Below, one piece after another: positions 59,481 through 63,373 of a DNA stretch of 63,373 nt. The DNA lies in IMG/VR virus record IMGVR_UViG_3300031521_000018, positions 62,001 through 125,373 of that record. The stretch is one strand, 5' to 3'. The notes under the pieces are model-generated. The model did no database searches. It was given only the letters and a program-made list of their open reading frames with translations, and was not told the DNA's origin. The stretch comes from an uncultured virus (IMG/VR IMGVR_UViG_3300031521_000018). Its lineage: Duplodnaviria; Heunggongvirae; Uroviricota; Caudoviricetes. The position numbers and the translations under genes were made by a program. Within the stretch, counting starts at the first letter, position 1, and every line of letters starts with the position of its first letter.

Positions 59481-62222
59481 TTAATAGTCTATTTTATATT
59501 TATGAACAGTTATATAATTTGAGAAAAGTTCTGTCTTGTTATCACCTTTATTATTATACAATGTAACCTGTAAGGAATATTTTCCCGATTTGAAAAATGT
59601 ATAACAGAAAAATAAATAATTATCAAGCTCAACAATAACTGTTCCATTTTCATCTAGTAATTTCCAATTTGCATTTGATTTACCAACAAATTGTGACCTC
59701 TTCAAGTTGAAAAATATGGTATCCGAAACGTGAATGGCTACATTATCAGTGAATATTTTAGTCATTCCCTTAGCAAATGGTAACAAATCTTTATCAGGGT
59801 TGAAATTTTGACCATATGTTTGGAATGTCTGAGAGATTATATCATTGAATTGTATGTTATCAAAGAACATAAACTTATGATTTGCATAAGCCATGAAATC
59901 ATCATCAACAAATTTTATCTTTCTAAAATCCTTTAATGTTTTAGGTGCATAAGTATCAAAAAGTGCTATGTATTCAGGTGTTTGATTTATAATTTCACTT
60001 GTATTAACAAAGGCGGTCAATGAGATGGATTTTGGTGAAACATTAATTATTGAATGTTTGGTTAATACAGCCATTTCATTATTAAACTTATACAGTTTCA
60101 TTTGTATGTTAAAAAGTCCACTATTTGGTAAAGTAAGTGTAGTTTCTAGTAAATCATCAAGTTTACCAATCTTGGAATCAACTAATAAACCTGTTTTAAC
60201 AGAAACGGCTGACCATTCTATTTGATAATACTTGAATTTATCTACATTATTGAAAAATATTGAATATGTGGCGTTTTCTGTTTTTAATTGCTCAAATGTA
60301 ACGTCAACATCCTGAATCTGTACACCAAAGGTTAAATTTTTAACATTTATAACAGCACCTACTTTGCTAATAGGTGTATCAAATGTAAAACCTGATAAAT
60401 CGGAAAGTAGAACGTTTATTATGTTATTATCCTCTACCCCATTTATTGAAAAGCGAATATTATCCTGTGAGATGGATTCAGAAATTAAGTTCCAATCATC
60501 ATACCAAAAATTTATGTCATATTTGTTAAAGTAAGTTATCTCACCAATAATGTCTATAATAGATGAAATACCACCGATTTCACGGTCTTTAATCCAATTC
60601 TTAAGACCAAACAATTTTATTATAATTTCCTCGTTTGAAAACATGAAACTATCCACTGTTTCGGGCAAACCATCTTGTGTATATTCACCATTAGTATGAT
60701 TTATTGGATAGTACAACCCGAAAAATGAGGTCTTTTTAAGTTGGCTATTATAACGTATAGTTTCGTCAAGTCTTCCCTGTTCATATAGTTTAATATCTTC
60801 TGCTATATATTTTCCCGTCTTTATATCAACCCAATATTCCTTAAGTGTTAAATCGGGGTAATCAAATAGGTTAAGTATGTTTATAAGACCTTTATAAGCT
60901 GAAAAGTAAGGCTTGATATTGTGCATTTCAAGAATAAATTCCTTTTTCTTTTCATTAAGTAATATATGATTAGTAAGTTCCTCTTTGATGTCACTGTTAC
61001 GGAATATATATTCCTCATTTGCTGTGATATATTCCCCGAAATCAGCAAGCTTTGCCGTTAACCTTTCATCCTCACCAACTACCTCTATATATACTGAGAT
61101 TTCAGCTATTATCCTCCCAATTAAAGCACTATAGACAAGCAATTTGTCTATAACTGTTTTTTCTGTAGATGATTTAACGGCAAAATCTACTCTAAATGGC
61201 TTACGTATGTTTCCGCTACCTTCAACTGTTGTAATAATATAAACATTGTTTTCATCCCCATTATAAGCTGTTACAGCACCATTAGTACCTATAAAGTCTG
61301 AGCCAATTTGCGTACCATCACTATAATGTTCAACAGCCAAATTTTCTTGCAACCAGACTTGATTTCCATGCTTTACACAATGATATACATCACCATCAAT
61401 AATTACACTTTCTACAAATACACCATCCTCTTTAATCAATCTACAAGACATACCATCATGTTTACCTGTTGGCGTACTAAATGAAAAGGAATTACCATTA
61501 CTAATTACAGCTCCATATGCACCCATATCAGTAAATGATAAGCCACACACTCTACCCATTGCATTTGATGCTGTCTGTGAACCCGAAACCACCTGAACAC
61601 CTGATGGATAGAGATTCATCCCTGATGAATTATTCAGGGATGAATTATAACCTGCAGAACCAACATACGTACTAGGTAATATGTTCCAACCCTCTTTAGA
61701 TGCTAAAGCTTTTGCCACTTTATTATTACTAAAACTTGTTGTAATACTACCATCATAATTATATCCATTTTCTGCTAGGAATGTTACCAAAGTTTCCCAA
61801 TCTGATCTTGATGGAACACGCCATCCTGTAGGTGCAAGCTTTCTAGTGTTTGTTATAGCATACCAATTGTACAACCTACCATTTGTTATTTTTTTAATAG
61901 ATTGTGGTGGTAGAATTTCCACATTAAAAACTTTCTTATCTATAAATTCTACCTTGGGGAATTCATCATGTGGGTTTCCAACTGTAAAAATTTGATAATC
62001 CATGGAATTCATCAAACTAACGGTTAAATCACCGAATGATTTAGGCTGTATAAATTCACCACCTGTTTCCTCAAGTATGAATAAGGTTTCATTCTCAATC
62101 AAATCGGTTGAAACCTCAGGTAGATACATTATACCTTGTAATATATCATATTCCTTATTATAGGAAAGTTCTAATTTATTACCATTTTTATTAAATATCG
62201 ATAAAGCATTTAAATCACCCAT
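59481..62222 (-). CDS. Baseplate/tail structural protein with an inserted FISUMP-like domain and a C-terminal PKD/Ig-like domain
   Basis: 'GRLYNW', 'P.GWRVPS..DW..L', 'GNQVWLQENL'; C-terminal 'YTF..SGKYSLQVT'; late motif just upstream of ATG 62222. Confidence 0.6.
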   Translation of the reverse strand: MGDLNALSIFNKNGNKLELSYNKEYDILQGIMYLPEVSTDLIENETLFILEETGGEFIQPKSFGDLTVSLMNSMDYQIFTVGNPHDEFPKVEFIDKKVFNVEILPPQSIKKITNGRLYNWYAITNTRKLAPTGWRVPSRSDWETLVTFLAENGYNYDGSITTSFSNNKVAKALASKEGWNILPSTYVGSAGYNSSLNNSSGMNLYPSGVQVVSGSQTASNAMGRVCGLSFTDMGAYGAVISNGNSFSFSTPTGKHDGMSCRLIKEDGVFVESVIIDGDVYHCVKHGNQVWLQENLAVEHYSDGTQIGSDFIGTNGAVTAYNGDENNVYIITTVEGSGNIRKPFRVDFAVKSSTEKTVIDKLLVYSALIGRIIAEISVYIEVVGEDERLTAKLADFGEYITANEEYIFRNSDIKEELTNHILLNEKKKEFILEMHNIKPYFSAYKGLINILNLFDYPDLTLKEYWVDIKTGKYIAEDIKLYEQGRLDETIRYNSQLKKTSFFGLYYPINHTNGEYTQDGLPETVDSFMFSNEEIIIKLFGLKNWIKDREIGGISSIIDIIGEITYFNKYDINFWYDDWNLISESISQDNIRFSINGVEDNNIINVLLSDLSGFTFDTPISKVGAVINVKNLTFGVQIQDVDVTFEQLKTENATYSIFFNNVDKFKYYQIEWSAVSVKTGLLVDSKIGKLDDLLETTLTLPNSGLFNIQMKLYKFNNEMAVLTKHSIINVSPKSISLTAFVNTSEIINQTPEYIALFDTYAPKTLKDFRKIKFVDDDFMAYANHKFMFFDNIQFNDIISQTFQTYGQNFNPDKDLLPFAKGMTKIFTDNVAIHVSDTIFFNLKRSQFVGKSNANWKLLDENGTVIVELDNYLFFCYTFFKSGKYSLQVTLYNNKGDNKTELFSNYITVHKYKIDY

Positions 62223-62325
62223 TTTCAAATTTTTATTATTTACAAAATACAAAAAAACCTGACAATTGTAAATAAAACTATCAGGCTTTGTTTAAAATCT
62301 GTGTTGTTTAAAATTATTTATACTT

Positions 62326-62679
62326 TCATGGATAATCCAAACACACAACTCTACCTTTGTATATTCCAAAATTTGTCGATTTTAAATCAAAGTCCTGTAC
62401 ATTTTTAAAATATTCAACTTCATTATCAGTCAATTCTCTACCAAGAGGTTTGCAATATTTTTGAACCTGAATTAGTCCAAAAATTGAGCAAAATAATGAT
62501 GGTGCAACTTTATTATACAGTCTACCATTATCATAATTCTTGAACACTTTACAAAAATTTCTTTCAGACCAATTGGCATGGCAGCCATTTAGAAAATTTA
62601 GATGGCTATATGTGAAATTGGGGAATTTGATAACAAATTCCCCAATTTTTAATACTAATCTAGTAGCACCCCTTTCCAT
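62326..62679 (-). CDS. Small protein-kinase-like fold protein
   Basis: 'GATRLV...FVIKFP', 'DLKSTNFG', 'CLDY'. Confidence 0.6.
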   Translation of the reverse strand: MERGATRLVLKIGEFVIKFPNFTYSHLNFLNGCHANWSERNFCKVFKNYDNGRLYNKVAPSLFCSIFGLIQVQKYCKPLGRELTDNEVEYFKNVQDFDLKSTNFGIYKGRVVCLDYP

Positions 62680-62690
62680 TTATTACTTAT

Positions 62691-63371
62691 TTAATCTAAT
62701 GTTATATTATTAAAGCTATTTGTGTAACATTGGAATCTACCAAGCAAAGGTATAGCAAGTTCTCTAGCCTGTGGATGGGCTGCGGGTGCACATCTTAATT
62801 TAAAGAAGTGCCTCCAATCTGTCATGAAACCTGTCATAATAAGTTCAGTTTTCAGAGAGTTTGGAAGTACGGCACGTGCCTGTTGTGGTTTCCATCCTGC
62901 AGCAATCTGAAAATTATATCCGTGTTCGGAATTTGACATATCATAAACGAAACTACAAAGTCCTCTTTTTTCTAAAGGCATGGATTCATCATGACCAAGT
63001 TCATAAACATCTTTATTGTTTATATTTGCCATATCGACCAAACCCTGTACAATTTCTTCTTTACCTTGTAACCAAACAGGATAAATAAAAGTTATACAAT
63101 TACCAAATTTTTCTTTGATGTAATTACAAAAACGTGTAGACTCCTGAGTAAACGAGAATACCCGATGCCTTACAAATTCATGTGAAACACCCCTATCACA
63201 AATAAATCTTACTGTATATCTCTTTTCATGAAATTTTGTAGGTTTACTCATGTATTTCTTCATGGTATTAACTTTATTATTGTCAGTTATTACCCTGTAA
63301 TTAGTTGTAATATATTTCCAATTTTTCACCTTGGAATATTTGTTAAGGAAGAAAAATAAAATAATAAGTAA
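62691..63371 (-). CDS. thyX: FAD-dependent thymidylate synthase (5' partial)
   Basis: 'RGVSHEFVRHR..SFTQESTR', 'QQARAVLPN'; frame stays open to the window edge. Confidence 0.93.
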   Translation of the reverse strand, partial: LLIILFFFLNKYSKVKNWKYITTNYRVITDNNKVNTMKKYMSKPTKFHEKRYTVRFICDRGVSHEFVRHRVFSFTQESTRFCNYIKEKFGNCITFIYPVWLQGKEEIVQGLVDMANINNKDVYELGHDESMPLEKRGLCSFVYDMSNSEHGYNFQIAAGWKPQQARAVLPNSLKTELIMTGFMTDWRHFFKLRCAPAAHPQARELAIPLLGRFQCYTNSFNNITLD

Positions 63372-63373
63372 TG

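Noticed and set aside
59481..62222. FISUMP domain as a diversity-generating retroelement target
   Set aside because: No reverse transcriptase or template/variable repeat pair is visible in the window.
3547..63088. Short ORFs antisense to or overlapping longer genes (e.g. 3547, 9379, 18370, 19234, 21023, 30970, 39028, 53612, 56849, 60025, 62861)
   Set aside because: Shadow ORFs with biased composition and no start context or motifs.

Overview
AT-rich, densely coding fragment of a large T4-related (jumbo-type) myophage genome. The host is most likely in Bacteroidota, inferred from SD-less 'aaattATG' starts, a tmRNA with a Gly resume codon, Bacteroidota-like ThyX and a FISUMP domain. 1-21.8 kb holds core genes: neck, tail tube, UvsX, gp41 helicase, portal, gp55-like late sigma, Pif1-like helicase, the C-terminal half of a split PolB, a TerL N-fragment, a tape-measure-like protein, a homing endonuclease and gp4. 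21.8-59 kb is mostly small accessory ORFs, with an RlmN-like enzyme, dUTPase, a tRNA(CAU), tmRNA, an InPase domain, an Acb1/57B-like 2H phosphoesterase, gp2 and a DNA MTase. The right end carries minus-strand genes: a baseplate-like protein, a kinase-like ORF and thyX. Top candidate for a new system: an extein-less IntC-IntN 'adapter' intein gene (134..715), which may work with the atypically split-intein TerL fragment (14990..15496) by relay trans-splicing. Other leads are sigma54-like promoters with TGACA arrays, a MKKLKIFE capsid-targeting protein family, and several tRNA-like or structured RNAs. All calls come from motif recognition by eye; no database searches were run.
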